Shown here: positions 24,934 to 38,111 of the stretch, in pieces
Layout: each line of letters opens with the position of its first letter
Position numbering within the stretch: position 1 is the stretch's first letter
Assembly (NCBI GenBank): GCA_951406725.2
Contig: OX597828.1
Location: forward strand, 22,196,001 to 22,260,000
DNA: 64,000 nt
Direction: 5' to 3'
Source: Octopus vulgaris
Taxonomy: Eukaryota
Program-made: the position numbers and the translations under genes
The notes under the pieces: generated by a model
Seen by the model: only the letters and a program-made list of their open reading frames with translations
The model's database searches: none
Told to the model about the DNA's origin: nothing

Positions 24934-26017
24934 TCTTATTATAAAAGGCAGATTTTATCTGCCTCCCTTTGTCAGTTATAGAAATCTACAATATAGGATT
25001 TCTTCAATTACAATTTACCTAGCATTTTTAAGAGTAGAATGCATCGGGTTTTGCCAGGTCCAGTTTTTAAAATTTAAACTCCAATTAAGCAAAATTTACA
25101 GAAAACTCACATTCTGGTGTGTATGTCAAATGCTTTTCTTAGTCTGGTTTACAGCACACGCAAACGCACACACACAGTGTGCAACGAATAAAGTGAAACT
25201 AGATGTAATATTTGTTTCTGTCTATCACGCTGATAGATACACGAGTAAAATGTATGGCAAGCTAACAGATAAAAGTGAGTGAAAATGTTCTTGGAAGAGA
25301 GCGACAGAGTGATTTGAGGAAGACTAAACTGAAAGTATGAAACAGTGTTTATGTATAAACAGACGACACTTCTATAAACCCTTTCGTTACCAAACCGCCC
25401 GAATTTACCTATTCATATTTAAATGAGAATATCAGAGTAAATCTCTTTAGTACATTCGTGAAAACACGTATTATACTTCGTAAACACTTCAAATACAGTT
25501 TTGTACAAAAATCGAAGTGTAATTTTAATTCCGTGAATTATGGGAGATTTTTTTCCGAAATTTGTTCCTATTGTGTTTTCAAAATTTGTAATTCTGACAA
25601 AAAATGGATACGAATTTCATTATATCAAGCAGCGAGTCAGAATTCGAAGGATTTTCTACTGAAGATTTAGATTCGTAACTACTCCCACATTTTGCGGTGC
25701 AGTTTAACCAAAAGCGGGTACCTTATAGTCGTGATTCATATCGAGCCCTTCTGGGTATTAGCGCGCGTCTACGATGAGTCTACGATTTTAAAAAAAATTA
25801 CCATATTTTTCCATTTTAATGCATTTTTTTCGCTTTTATATAAGGGAAGTAACTCTCTAAAAATATCTACGATGTGTCAACGATTTAAAAAAAAATTTAC
25901 CTTCATTTTTTTTCAATTTTTAATGCATTTTTTTGCTATTTTTTGGCTATAACTCTCTAAAAATGCATATATAGTTATTTCCCTTACAACCCGAGCAACG
26001 CCGGGCGATACTGCTAG
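24934..26017 (+). mobile_element. Non-autonomous Helitron (second unit, head-to-tail)
   Basis: Its TC start follows directly after the previous CTAG. It has the same 3' hairpin and CTAG (26014-26017) followed by T, and its 3' ~350 bp are homologous to 24580-24933. Confidence 0.85.
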
Positions 26018-26059
26018 TATATATATATATGCTATATATGCTATATATGTATATATAGC

Positions 26060-26410
26060 AAGAATGTCTGTGTGGTTACAAGCGTGACACCTTGGGCAAA
26101 CTACTATAGTTTCGGGCCGATGAAAGCCTTGTTAGTGGATTTGATGGACGGAAACAGAAAGAAGCCTGCCGTATGTATGTATATATATATATGTATATGT
26201 ATGTAATTTTGTATCTGTGTTTGTCCCCCACACCATCCCTTGACAACCAATGTTGGTATTTTTATGTGCGAGTAACTTAGCGGTTCGGCAAAACAGCCCA
26301 GATAGAATACGTACCAGGCTCCCAAAGGAGGATTTCTGTGTGATTAGTTTGACTAAAAGCGATGCTCCAGCGTGGCCGCACTCAAATGACTGAAGCAAAT
26401 AAAAGAATAG
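26060..26410 (+). mobile_element. SINE family A, degenerate copy
   Basis: caccttgggcaa...gacggaaacagaaagaagcc...gctccagcgtggccgcactcaaatgactgaa. Confidence 0.7.
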
Positions 26411-26766
26411 ATCATATATATATATTTATATATATAAGTTTTGTTGAATGGATTTTTCCAGGTTATATAGAAGTCAAACTTAATGTTGACAAATGTATGT
26501 TGGTAATGAAGACTATCGTCTCGGCTACTAATAAAATAGCGTAATTTCTCTTTAGTCATAAACTTACGCACTTACACGCATACCAATGTGTGTATGTGAC
26601 TTATGCATGTGCCATATCTGCGTGTGGGTGCATGTGTGTGTGTTTGTGTGTCTGTAGGTATGTATGTGTGTGAGCGTGTGTGTTTGGAGCTTTATGCGTT
26701 TGTCACCTACACATCTGTACTTTTCGACGACGTCGCAACCGACAGAGACGACCATAGAACTTGTAC

Positions 26767-26832
<66 letters not shown>

Positions 26833-27050
26833 GTATATAAATGTGTGCGCATGTATATATATATATATATATATATACATATATATATGCATGTATATAT
26901 GTATACATAGGTGTGTGTCGGTTTGTGTACCTGTGTATGTATCTATATATATATATATATGTATATACATATATACATATTTATAGGTATGTATGTATGT
27001 ATGTATGAATATATATACATATATATATATGTATACATATACATATATAC

Positions 27051-27081
<31 letters not shown>

Positions 27082-27170
27082 CATAAAATATATATATATA
27101 CATATACATATATACATAATTGTATATATATATATATATATACATATATACATATACATATGTATGTATA

Positions 27171-27201
<31 letters not shown>

Positions 27202-28251
27202 ATAGATATATATACATACATACATATACTTAAACATATATATACACTCGCACATACTTGTCCACGAGCACACTCTTATTACTTATATACCTATGTGGAG
27301 CTTTAAAAAACAATTCAAATGTCAAATTTAAGTATAACTTCATCAATTTCTCTTAGCTGTCATTCAGCAACAGAATTTTTTTTTTTTTCTACAAAACTAT
27401 AAAAAATATTTCCATTATCATGTGAAATGTTATAGATGGTATCCGGAGACATACGATAACAAGTACTGCAAAAATATTTAATGCATGACTTGCATAGAGC
27501 GGCTTCGACCCTGAATGGACTCCGCGAAGAGAGCTGCAAATGCAGTGCCAGTTATAATATGTCCCGGGGGTACTCTTTTTTTTATCTACGGACCCCTTTG
27601 ATTAGTTCTGTAGACCCCCAATTTACTATCTTGCTGCTCTTGACCCATTTGGTTACTATTTTATTCTGGTGGACATCTATAGTCATTCGATGTCTAAAAA
27701 CTAGTTTGACGAAAACGTCATTCAAAATTCCTATTTTCTTTAGCACACATTAACTTGTGTAGACTGAACTACGAAGAATGTTTGAGAAACAAACCTATTT
27801 ATTTCTTGGGATACACAACGATACACACATCTAATGCAAAAAAATCTCAGGAGCCCTTAAAATTCTATTGAGGATCCCCAATTTAGTATTTTTTTGTGCG
27901 GACTCCCCAAAATATTATATGGATACGCAGGGGCCATATGGATCCCAGTTGCGAAAATCTGTTACAGCCCAATGCAGATAACCTAGATAAGTATCATTTA
28001 GGAAGAATGGGTATACAGGGTGGGAGCCAAAAGTAAGTTTACAGTTATTGAATTATCTCGTTCGCATTCATGTATTAACAATTTAGATCTTAATTATAAA
28101 GAAAGTATGAAAGCATTATTCTATGCTAATTTAGTTAATTTTGTCAAGCTACTTTTTCCGTTTGTAAGATAGAAATTTAAATGTAATAAAATGTGTTTAA
28201 AGAAATTTAAAGTCCCTATGTGATAACCGTAAACATACTCTTGGGCCAGCT

Positions 28252-28291
<40 letters not shown>

Positions 28292-28337
28292 CATACACAC
28301 GCACACACTCTCACACACACACATATATATATATTCG

Positions 28338-28655
28338 AAAATTCTTTAATTATACACATAATTATAATTAGGGTTCACTAAATTGCTTCAGCACATACCG
28401 AAATTTAGGAATAGCTGTTAAATATTATTCCTCCACTATAAGATATCTCCCAGAGAGAAATTCTCTTAATTCACGTAGGTAATTAAAACCGGGTGGATTC
28501 GTTATTTTATTTTTCTCTTTACCTACGTAAATTAAGAGTTTTTCTGTCTTGGAGACATCTTATGGTAGTAGAATAGTATTTAACTGCTATTTCTAAATTT
28601 CGGTAGCAATTTGCTGAACCCTAATTATAATTATGCTTATAATTATAGAATTTTT
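28338..28655. repeat. Imperfect inverted repeat (~140-bp arms)
   Basis: ataattataattagggttca...ccgaaatttag.aatagc...ctcttaatt.acgtaggt is mirrored by acctacgt.aattaagag...gctatt.ctaaatttcgg...tgaaccctaattataattat. Confidence 0.75.
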
Positions 28656-28759
28656 GTATAAGGTTACCGATAAAGGTTCTTGTAACATACCGAACTATTT
28701 GGTAAAATTATTAATTATTAATTAATTAATTTTACGGCCAATTAATTAATTAATTGTAC

Positions 28760-29370
28760 GACCACACCTCGAATACTGCTGCCCCTTGTGGTCTCCCCAT
28801 ACAAAACATCTCGAGGATTGAATCCCCCCAAAAGGCACTCACTAAACGAATTGAAGGCATGACTGATCTCGATTATTGGGACCACCTTAAAGCCTTGAAA
28901 CTCTACTCTCTCTAGCGCCGCCGCAAGCGGCACATCATTTGTACGATGTGGAGAATATACCGCCATCATTGCCCAAACGACCTGAACATTAGTTTCAAGG
29001 TTCATTGAAGACTGGGACTACGGGCCATATATCCCCTGCCCAATTCAGTATAACAACATATAGGTACACTGCGACATAATTTCTTTTCCTCAACAGGCCC
29101 TGCCCTGTTTAACATCATCCCAAAAGATACCAAAGAGGATAGGATCCCATCACCTTTAAATGGAGTCTGGACAGATATCTTCAAGGAATACCGGATAAGC
29201 CACCCACACCTGGATACAACTTAAATAACAAGAACTCACTACTTGAATGGACCATAAACAAGACTTGACTTAAACAGGATTTAGATAATCCTATCAGGTG
29301 GTGCTATTAAGTTTGACATGGCCTGGACCAATCTTTGGTCGAAACATATCTAAGTTTTATCTAAGTTTAT
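28760..29370 (+). mobile_element. Decayed CR1-group LINE 3' fragment (second subfamily)
   Basis: Remnant LKLYSL.RRRKR-like codons (aaactctactctctctagcgccgccgcaagcgg), GPALFNIIPK (ggccctgccctgtttaacatcatccca) and IPDKP, ending in short tandem tatctaagttt repeats. Confidence 0.65.
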
Positions 29371-29419
29371 ATATATAAAAATATACATACATACATACAT
29401 ACATACATACATACATACA

Positions 29420-29518
<99 letters not shown>

Positions 29519-30069
29519 GTAAACGAGATTTTCCATCTTTCCGGTTACTAGTCAGTTTCAGACTCAAGCGGAGAATTATTAATGAGTCCGGCGGCAATGG
29601 TAGCGAACCACCAACGATTCGGTCGTAACTGAAACATGTTAATCATACGCCTACACATCCCCAGCCCCCGCCTATCCATAATCATTTAATTTATCTACTG
29701 ACATACTATTCACTGGAAAATATAATTAGATATTTTTTCTTTCTCTTAAGAAGACGGCATGGCGTGGATTCAATGCATTTTCGTTTCTCTTTCAGAGACA
29801 GCGTAGACATATTCTCATTAATTTGACGTTGACTGTGTTTGTAGTGAAGATATAATAATTGGAGATGTTTGTGAGAAAACAAAATACAACAATAGTAACA
29901 ACAGCACCAATAAATACAAACAGCGTTAATAAAAATTAGAAATAATTATAGAAATAAATAAACAAGGTGTATATCTTATCAAGTTGTCAGCATGTTCGTC
30001 GTTCTGGCTTTATTATCGTTGGTTTTGCTTTCTTGGTTTTGATTTTCTCTTCTGACTTTTACAGCAGAG

Positions 30070-30398
30070 CTTTCATCATCATCATCATCATCATTATCAT
30101 TATCATTATCATCGTCATCGTCATCGTCGTCGTCGTCTTCTTCTTCTTCTTCTTCTTCTTCTTCTTCTTCTTCTTCTTCTTCTTCTTCTTCTTCTTCTTC
30201 TTCTTCTTCTTCTTCTTCTTCTTCTTCTTCTTCTTCTTCCACCACCACCACCATCATCATCATCTGCAGCAGCATCATCATCATCATCAGCAGCAGCAGC
30301 GCCGTCGTCGTTATCCTCTTCGTCATCATCGTCAGTATCATCATCGTTGTCACCATCTTTAACAGTCATCATCATCATCGTCATCGTCATCGTCATCG

Positions 30399-30442
<44 letters not shown>

Positions 30443-30521
30443 GTGTTCTAATACTATTATTATTATTATTATTATCAGTGAGTGAGAGAGCAGTGCATGC
30501 CATCAAAGTAACACTAGGTTA

Positions 30522-30585
<64 letters not shown>

Positions 30586-30614
30586 ATTATTATTATTATT
30601 ATCAATTATTATCA

Positions 30615-30694
<80 letters not shown>

Positions 30695-30859
30695 TTTTAA
30701 TCTGCATCTTTGTTACAATCACCTGCCGAGAAACACCCAGCGTCCTGGGGCGAGTGAAGGATTAGAGATGTTAGAATATGACTGAATGCTTGCGGAGGGG
30801 AAGTAGTAAAATATCTTCGTGCAGTACGACGCAGATATCACTATCATAATCGTCATCAC

Positions 30860-30898
<39 letters not shown>

Positions 30899-31650
30899 CA
30901 ACGTCATCATCATCATCATTATCATCATCAACATCATTATTATTATTATCAGCAACGTCATCATCATCATCATCATTATTATTACTATTATTATAATTAT
31001 TATTATCAACGTCATCATCATCATCATTATCATCATCATCATCATTATTATTATTATCATCAACATCATCATCATCATCATCATTCACCCGTTGTTTTCT
31101 TATAATTTAATCTTTGTTTTCATATTCATTTATTTAATCATTTACCACATTTTTTTCTTTTTTTTTTCAATATTTGCATCAAAGTTGGATTGTCGGAATT
31201 TAATTATACAGTATGTGACATGACTTATGAAAATAGATATCCAACAGGGCCACCTTAATTTTAAATTCTAAACTTGTCAAATATATCACCAGCGCCCTTT
31301 TGCTTAAAGACAGGGACTTCGTTTTCCATTGGTGAGAAATTCGAAAAAAATCGCATTATTTTTAGTTAGCTGTTTCCTCTTTCTCTTTTTTTCTCAATTG
31401 TCTTTCCTTCCTTCCTCCCTTCTTTCTCTCGCCCTTTCTCACCTTCAAGTTCTCTCCCTCATTATATCAATCTTACCTCTTCTTCTTCTTCTTCTTCTTC
31501 TTCTTCTTCTTCTTCTTCTTCTTCTTCTTCTTCTTCTTCTTCTTCTTCTTCTTCTTCTTCTTCTTCTTCTTCTTCTTCTTCTTCTTCTTCTTCTTCTTCT
31601 TCTTCTTCTTCTTCTTCTTCTTCTTCTTCTTCTTCTTCTTCTTCTTCGTC
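30070..31650. repeat. Compound trinucleotide microsatellites (CAT, CTT, ATT, CAG)
   Basis: Seen directly. Confidence 0.95.
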
Positions 31651-31883
31651 TTCTTCTTTTCTTATATTAAACATATTATATTGAGTTTTATCTCTTTTTA
31701 AAAACACATACCAATCGCTTTGTTAATATATATATATATATATATATATCTTGAGAAAAACGAGGCAGTCAGAATTTTAGAGAATTAGTGGAATGCAAGA
31801 AATACTCAAGATACATACATATATCAATACGTACGTAGATGAGTGTATATATATATATACCTATCTTCCACGTTTTTCTTATA

Positions 31884-31989
31884 TTTATTGTCCTAAAATT
31901 TTCGTTGCGTCTTGCAACCTTTTCAATAGTTTTGACTCTCAAAACTATTGAAAAGGTTCCAAGACGCAACGAAAATTTTAGGACAATAA
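31884..31989. ncRNA. Near-perfect fold-back with a hammerhead-like motif in each arm (U3-A8 core)
   Basis: cta-TTGAAAA-G-GTTGC-aagac-GCAAC-GAAAATTT-tag on the minus strand (31893-31929) and on the plus strand (31945-31981, one stem II mismatch). The hinge is 3 nt at 31936-31938. Confidence 0.65.
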
Positions 31990-32489
31990 AAGTAAAAAAT
32001 AACAAAAACCTGGAAATTTTACCGGTGTGTGTGCTACATAATAAGGCACAAGAAAATGACTCTCCCCAGACAAAATAGAATATATATATATATATATATG
32101 TATATACACTTAAATAAGTGTGTTTGGCGTACCATTCAATTAATGATTAACTCTATGTAAGTTGGTGGACTATGCTTCACTTTACTCGTGTGTTAATATG
32201 TAAATTGCACTTGCAACCCATAATACGTCGGCCTTTCCAGGTATCACTGGCATGTTTTGTTGAGCTCAGTAATGCATGTACGACCATATTGAACTGTCTT
32301 AATATATGTGCGCGCGTGTTTGGTTACGTGACTGTCTCAGAGTGTATGAGTGTGTGGATGTACGAATGCATGTATATACATATACATAATTCATATATAC
32401 ATATCGATGCGTCTGTCTTCTCCTCTATCTCTCCTGTTTTTTACACACACACACACAAATAATTGTATGTGTGTGTACCTATGTATATC

Positions 32490-32549
<60 letters not shown>

Positions 32550-32624
32550 GTACATATATATATGTAAATATATATATGTAAATAGATATATGTAATTATA
32601 TATATGTACACTTATATAATATGA

Positions 32625-32664
<40 letters not shown>

Positions 32665-32669
<5 letters not shown>

Positions 32670-33186
32670 GAGAAAATGGAGAAACATACTTAAATCAATC
32701 AATCATCAACCATCAGATAATACCCAATCAATACTTTATTACACCATTACATAACAGCAAAGACATTATACATAATATATTGTAAATATAACTAGACATG
32801 GAAATATAAATATAAAATAGAATTACATCATATCTGACAGCTGTTTGCCGTGAGGACAAGTATGTCTCATTTAACCTATTAGCCATATAAAGCAGGTATA
32901 AATGAGACATTAACAAGGATGTCTCACGATCCTTGTTAATGTCTCATTTATACCTGCGTTATATGGCTAATAGGTTAAATGAGACATACTTGTCCTCACG
33001 GCCGAAACAGCTGTCAGATATGATGTAATTCTATTTTATATTTCTATTTCCATGTCTAGTTATATTTACAATATATTATGTATAATGTCTTTGATGTTAT
33101 GTAATGGTGTAATAAAGTATTGATTGGGTATTATCTAATGGTTGATGATTGATTGATTTAAGTATGTTTCTCCATTTTCTCATTTT
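32665..33186. mobile_element. Long PLE-derived fold-back (~255-bp arms, 8-nt spacer) with the 3' half of a hammerhead
   Basis: Near-perfect inverted repeat hinged at 32921-32928. GAAAC-AGCT-GTC-agata is at 33004-33020 and the CTGANGA half is absent. Confidence 0.75.
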
Positions 33187-33358
33187 GTATTATTAATTTA
33201 CGGTAATATTTTTACCCTTGCCCACATAATACAGTAGATGAATTAATCGCACCGCAATTTTTAACATTTATGTATTAGTCTTGTTGGGTACATCTCTAGC
33301 AGTATATTGGATATATGTTATCCCATGGTGGGTTGAATTTTCAACCCTATCTCATTTC

Positions 33359-33422
<64 letters not shown>

Positions 33423-33487
33423 ATTATATTATATTATATTATATTATATATATATATATAAACATACTTATATATATTATAAATATA

Positions 33488-33860
33488 GACGCAGGAGTGG
33501 CTGTGAAGGTAAGTAGCTTGCTACCTAACCATATGGTTCGGGGTTCATTCTCAGAGCGTGACACATTAGGCGAGTTTCTTCAAAGCCTTGTGAGGGATTT
33601 TGTAGACAAAAACTTAAATAAGCCCGTCGTATATAAGTAAATATGTGTGTGTGTATTTGTGTGTTAGTCTTTGTCCTCCCAACGTCGCTTGACAATAGAT
33701 GCTGGTGTGTTTACGTCCTCGTAAATTAGTGGTTCGGCACAAGAGACCGATAGAGTAAGTACTAGGCTGCCAAAGAATAACTCCTGGGGTCGATTAGCTC
33801 GACTGAAGGCGGTGCTCCAGCATGGCCGCAGTCAAATGGCTAAAACAAGTAAAAGCCAAA
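33488..33860 (+). mobile_element. SINE family A copy
   Basis: gacgcaggagtggctgtg...ggcggtgctccagcatggccgcagtcaaatggctaaaacaag. Confidence 0.8.
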
Positions 33861-33955
33861 AGAGAGAGATATACATTCATATATGTAAATATACGTATAT
33901 ACGTACACGTATACATACATACATACAAACATATATATATATATATATATATAAA

Positions 33956-34040
<85 letters not shown>

Positions 34041-34065
34041 GTATGTATGTATATATATACATACG

Positions 34066-34123
<58 letters not shown>

Positions 34124-34131
34124 GTATATAT

Positions 34132-34171
<40 letters not shown>

Positions 34172-34349
34172 CTACTATTATATATATATATATATATAAT
34201 ACGCACACGCACACACATGTGTATTTGTGTGCGTATGTGTAAGTGCAAATATGCCAATTTATATGTCATCTTGGCATATTATGCTTCTTCGGAATATACA
34301 TGCATGTATGCAGATATATGAAGAAAGGAATAAAGAGACAGAAAGGAAA

Positions 34350-34404
34350 TAATAATGAAGAAGAAGAAGAAGAAGAAGAAGAAGAAGAAGAAGAAGAAGA
34401 AAAA

Positions 34405-34485
<81 letters not shown>

Positions 34486-35205
34486 AAGAAGAAGAAGAAG
34501 AAGAAGAAGAAGAAGAAGAAGAAGAGGAATAGGGAGAAGAAGAAACGAAATAAATTGAGAGCGAAGCAAAGAGCATATCTGTAATAGAAGACAATAGAGA
34601 CGTGTCGATTGATAGATAGAAGCAAAAGTAGGAACTGTTCAGAGGTCAGCTATGAAACATCGAAAAAACAGTGTAGATATTTCAATCAACATTTTGTCGG
34701 GTGTCTTTCCTACAGCATGTTCAGTATCGGGTTTACAGTCGTTGTCGTTGTTGTCGATGTTCATCTACGTGCTTCCGCTTGTAGTTGTTATTGTTGTTGT
34801 TGTTGCTGCTAGTGCTGGTGCTGGTGCTGGTGCTGTCAATATCGATACAGTTCTTAGGGCTGTATTATTTTTTAAAACTTTTATATTTGTTTTTGTTGTT
34901 GTTGTTGCTGTTGTTGTTGTTGTTGTTGATTTGGTTGTCTTTGTTATTATGTTTCCGCGCTGTCCGTTATATCATCTACATAATCATATAGTTTTTTTCT
35001 TCTTCTTCTTCTTCTTCTTCTTCTTCTTCTTCTTCTTCTTCTTCTTCTTCTTCTTCTTCTTCTTCTTCTTCTTCTTCTTCTTCTTCTTCTTCTTCTTCTT
35101 CTTCTTCTTCTTCTACTTCTTCCTCTTCGTCTTCTTCTTCTTCTTCTTCTTCATCTTCTTCTTCTTCTTCTTCTTCTTCTTCTTCTTCTTCTTCTTCTTC
35201 TTCTT

Positions 35206-35271
<66 letters not shown>

Positions 35272-35829
35272 GTCGTCAGCTTCATCATGATCATCACCAC
35301 GATCGTCATCGTTGTCAACATAATCGTCATCATCATGTCATCATCATCATCATCTCATCATCATCATCATCATCATCCTCATCCCCTTCCTCCTCCTCCT
35401 CCTCATCATCATCATCATTTATTTACGTATTTATTTATTTAATTTCGGCGTCCATTCATATAATGGTAACAAGACAAGGTCATATTTCAGGAAGAATAAC
35501 GTTTTCTCTGAGGTGAGCGAGTGAATGAGTGAACGAGGGTGCGAAAGTGTGAGGGAATGAGCGAGAATTGTAAAGAATTTTGGTAATGGAATCTCTGGTG
35601 ATTAACCGGGGCGGAAGTGATTGAATGGAGCAATGACGTAACTGTGGAATAAATAAGAATATCAGCAAAACTGTACTGATAACAAAAGCAAGAAAATAAC
35701 AACAGCCGTAATAACATCAACAGCAAGAAGAAGAAGAAGAGGAAGAGGAAGAGGAAGAAGAAGAAGAAGAAGAAGAAGAAGAAGAAGAAGAAGGAGAAGA
35801 AGAAGAAGAAGAAGAACAACAACAACAAC

Positions 35830-35892
<63 letters not shown>

Positions 35893-35910
35893 GATAACAA
35901 TAACAATAAC

Positions 35911-35992
<82 letters not shown>

Positions 35993-36020
35993 ACAACAGC
36001 AACAACAACAACAGCAGCAG

Positions 36021-36055
<35 letters not shown>

Positions 36056-36180
36056 GCAGCAGCAGCAACAACAACATCAACAACAGCAACAACAACAACA
36101 ACAACAGCAGCAACAAGAACAACAACAAGAACAACATCAAGAACAACAAGAACAACGACAACAACAATAATAATAATAAT
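34350..36180. repeat. Compound trinucleotide microsatellite blocks (GAA, AAT, TTG, CTT, CAA/CAG)
   Basis: Seen directly. Confidence 0.95.
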
Positions 36181-36182
36181 AA

Positions 36183-36740
36183 TGAATGCCCTGATGCAGT
36201 ACCAGGTAGTGGCTCTCATGGCTTCTGATTTTAAACTGATTGGAAGTGTTATCATGTACATTGTTTTATCTTGGTGTAAAAGATGGGCTACAGCAAATAT
36301 TCTGCTCAATGCCACAGATTTGCTTGTCACTTGTTTGACCGTAACCAGTTGAGCATGTCCTCTAGTGGCTGGCGATATGTTCATCTCTGATCACAATCAG
36401 AGGTAGTGGGGTAGCATCATAGCCATTTGTTGAGGGATTATTTGGGGTTTGAAGAATTCATTTCTGGAAACATGGGTGTTTCGTTCAACATCCTTAAACA
36501 ACCTTTATTCAGGGACCTTTTGAGCGGGATGGGTTACTCGAACTGAAGAAAATTCTAACTGGGCTCAATTGCAAGACCATATGATGTTTATCTTGATATG
36601 AGATCACCATGTCGCACACATATGGTTATGATGCCTGTGCCTAGTGTACCCTTTACAGACGGGTAGTCATGATGGGTATATTGGGCTTCGCATATTTTAC
36701 CCCAGTGTCACTTTGATGGCATGCACTGCTCTCTTACTCT
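36183..36740 (-). mobile_element. Non-coding interspersed retroelement embedded in (AAT)n
   Basis: Its head (gagagcagtgcatgccatcaaagt.acact.gg) recurs at 30480-30520, also inside (ATT)n. The 3' end runs straight into (ATT)n on the minus strand. Confidence 0.55.
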
Positions 36741-36834
36741 ATAGTGATAATAATTATAATAACAACAACGACAATAATAGTAGTAAGAATAGTAATAATT
36801 ATTAAAACAATAATAACAGCAACAAGAATGACAA

Positions 36835-36865
<31 letters not shown>

Positions 36866-36944
36866 GGTGGTGGTGGTGGTGGTGGTGATGGTGGGTGGTG
36901 GTGGTGGTGGTGGTGGTGGTGGTGGTGGTGGTGGTGGTGGTGGT

Positions 36945-37176
36945 GGCACGGAGCTGGCAGAATCGTTAGCATGCCGGACGAAATCCTTAGCGGTAATTCG
37001 TCTGCCGCTACGTTCTAAGTTCAAATTCTGCCGAGGTCGACTTTGCTTTTCATCCTTACGGGTCGATTAAATAAGTACCAGTTACGCACTGGGGTCGATA
37101 TAATCGACTTAATCCGTTTGTCTGTCCTTGTTTGTCTTCTCTGTGTTTAGCCCCTTGTGGGTAGTAAAGAAATAGA
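36945..37176 (+). mobile_element. SINE family B
   Basis: gagctggcagaatcgttagc...gttcaaattctgccgaggtcgactttgc...gccccttgtgggtagtaaagaaatag; highly similar to 53776-54005. Confidence 0.85.
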
Positions 37177-37555
37177 TGGTGGTGGTGGTGGTGGTGGTGG
37201 TAACTATAATAATAACATATCTTACTACTATAGGTACAAGGTCTGAAAGTTTGCCGAAGGGGGTAAGTTGAAAAAATGGAAGGCTAAGTCTCAATAATGA
37301 GAATAACGGATTCTCCTTCCGAAGACGACGTTTGACGGTAAAGTTTTTGCCAACCGACCCTCACAAATGGGTTACTATAGTCATCAAATGCATGTACAGT
37401 ACATTAGCGCACCCTTTCTATCAAGTTGGCGTTGCTTGAACAGGTGTCCATTGAAACATATGTCAGTTGTCGATGTGGTCGCAGAACAACGTGATATGAA
37501 GTGCTTCACTGAGGAGCACAAGTCACCCTCCTGTCTAGGAATTGAAACAGCAATA

Positions 37556-37773
37556 CTCTTTTACTCTTTTACTCTTTTACTATTTGACTGCGGCCATGCT
37601 GGAGCACCGCCTTTAATCGAGCAACTCAACTCCGGGACTTATTCTTGTAAGCCCTGCACTTATTCTATCGGTCTCTTTTGCCGAACTGCTAAGTTACGGG
37701 GACATAAACACACCAGCATCAGTTGTCAAGCAATGCTAGGGGGACAAACACAGACACACAAACACACACATGC

Positions 37774-37806
<33 letters not shown>

Positions 37807-37973
37807 TACGACGGGCTTCTTTTCAGTTTCCGTCTACCAAATCCACTCACATGGCTTTGGTCGGCCCGAGACTATAGTATAAAAACAAATGCCCTAGGTG
37901 CCACGCAGTGGGACTGAACCCGGAACCATGTGGTTGGTAAACAAGCTACTCACCACACAGCCACTCCTGCGCC
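37556..37973 (-). mobile_element. Full-length SINE family A
   Basis: Reverse complement of 13286-13665, from ggcgcaggagtggc to the (agagtaaa)n tail. Confidence 0.85.
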
Positions 37974-38052
37974 AATCTAGTAATTGTTAGTGCAATACAC
38001 AAACCAACTGGCCATGATAAAATTGATAACAACAACAACAACAACAATAATC

Positions 38053-38111
<59 letters not shown>

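Noticed and set aside
27490-27965. Possible hAT-type MITE with repeated ggacccc motifs
   Set aside because: Terminal repeats and an 8-bp TSD could not be verified.
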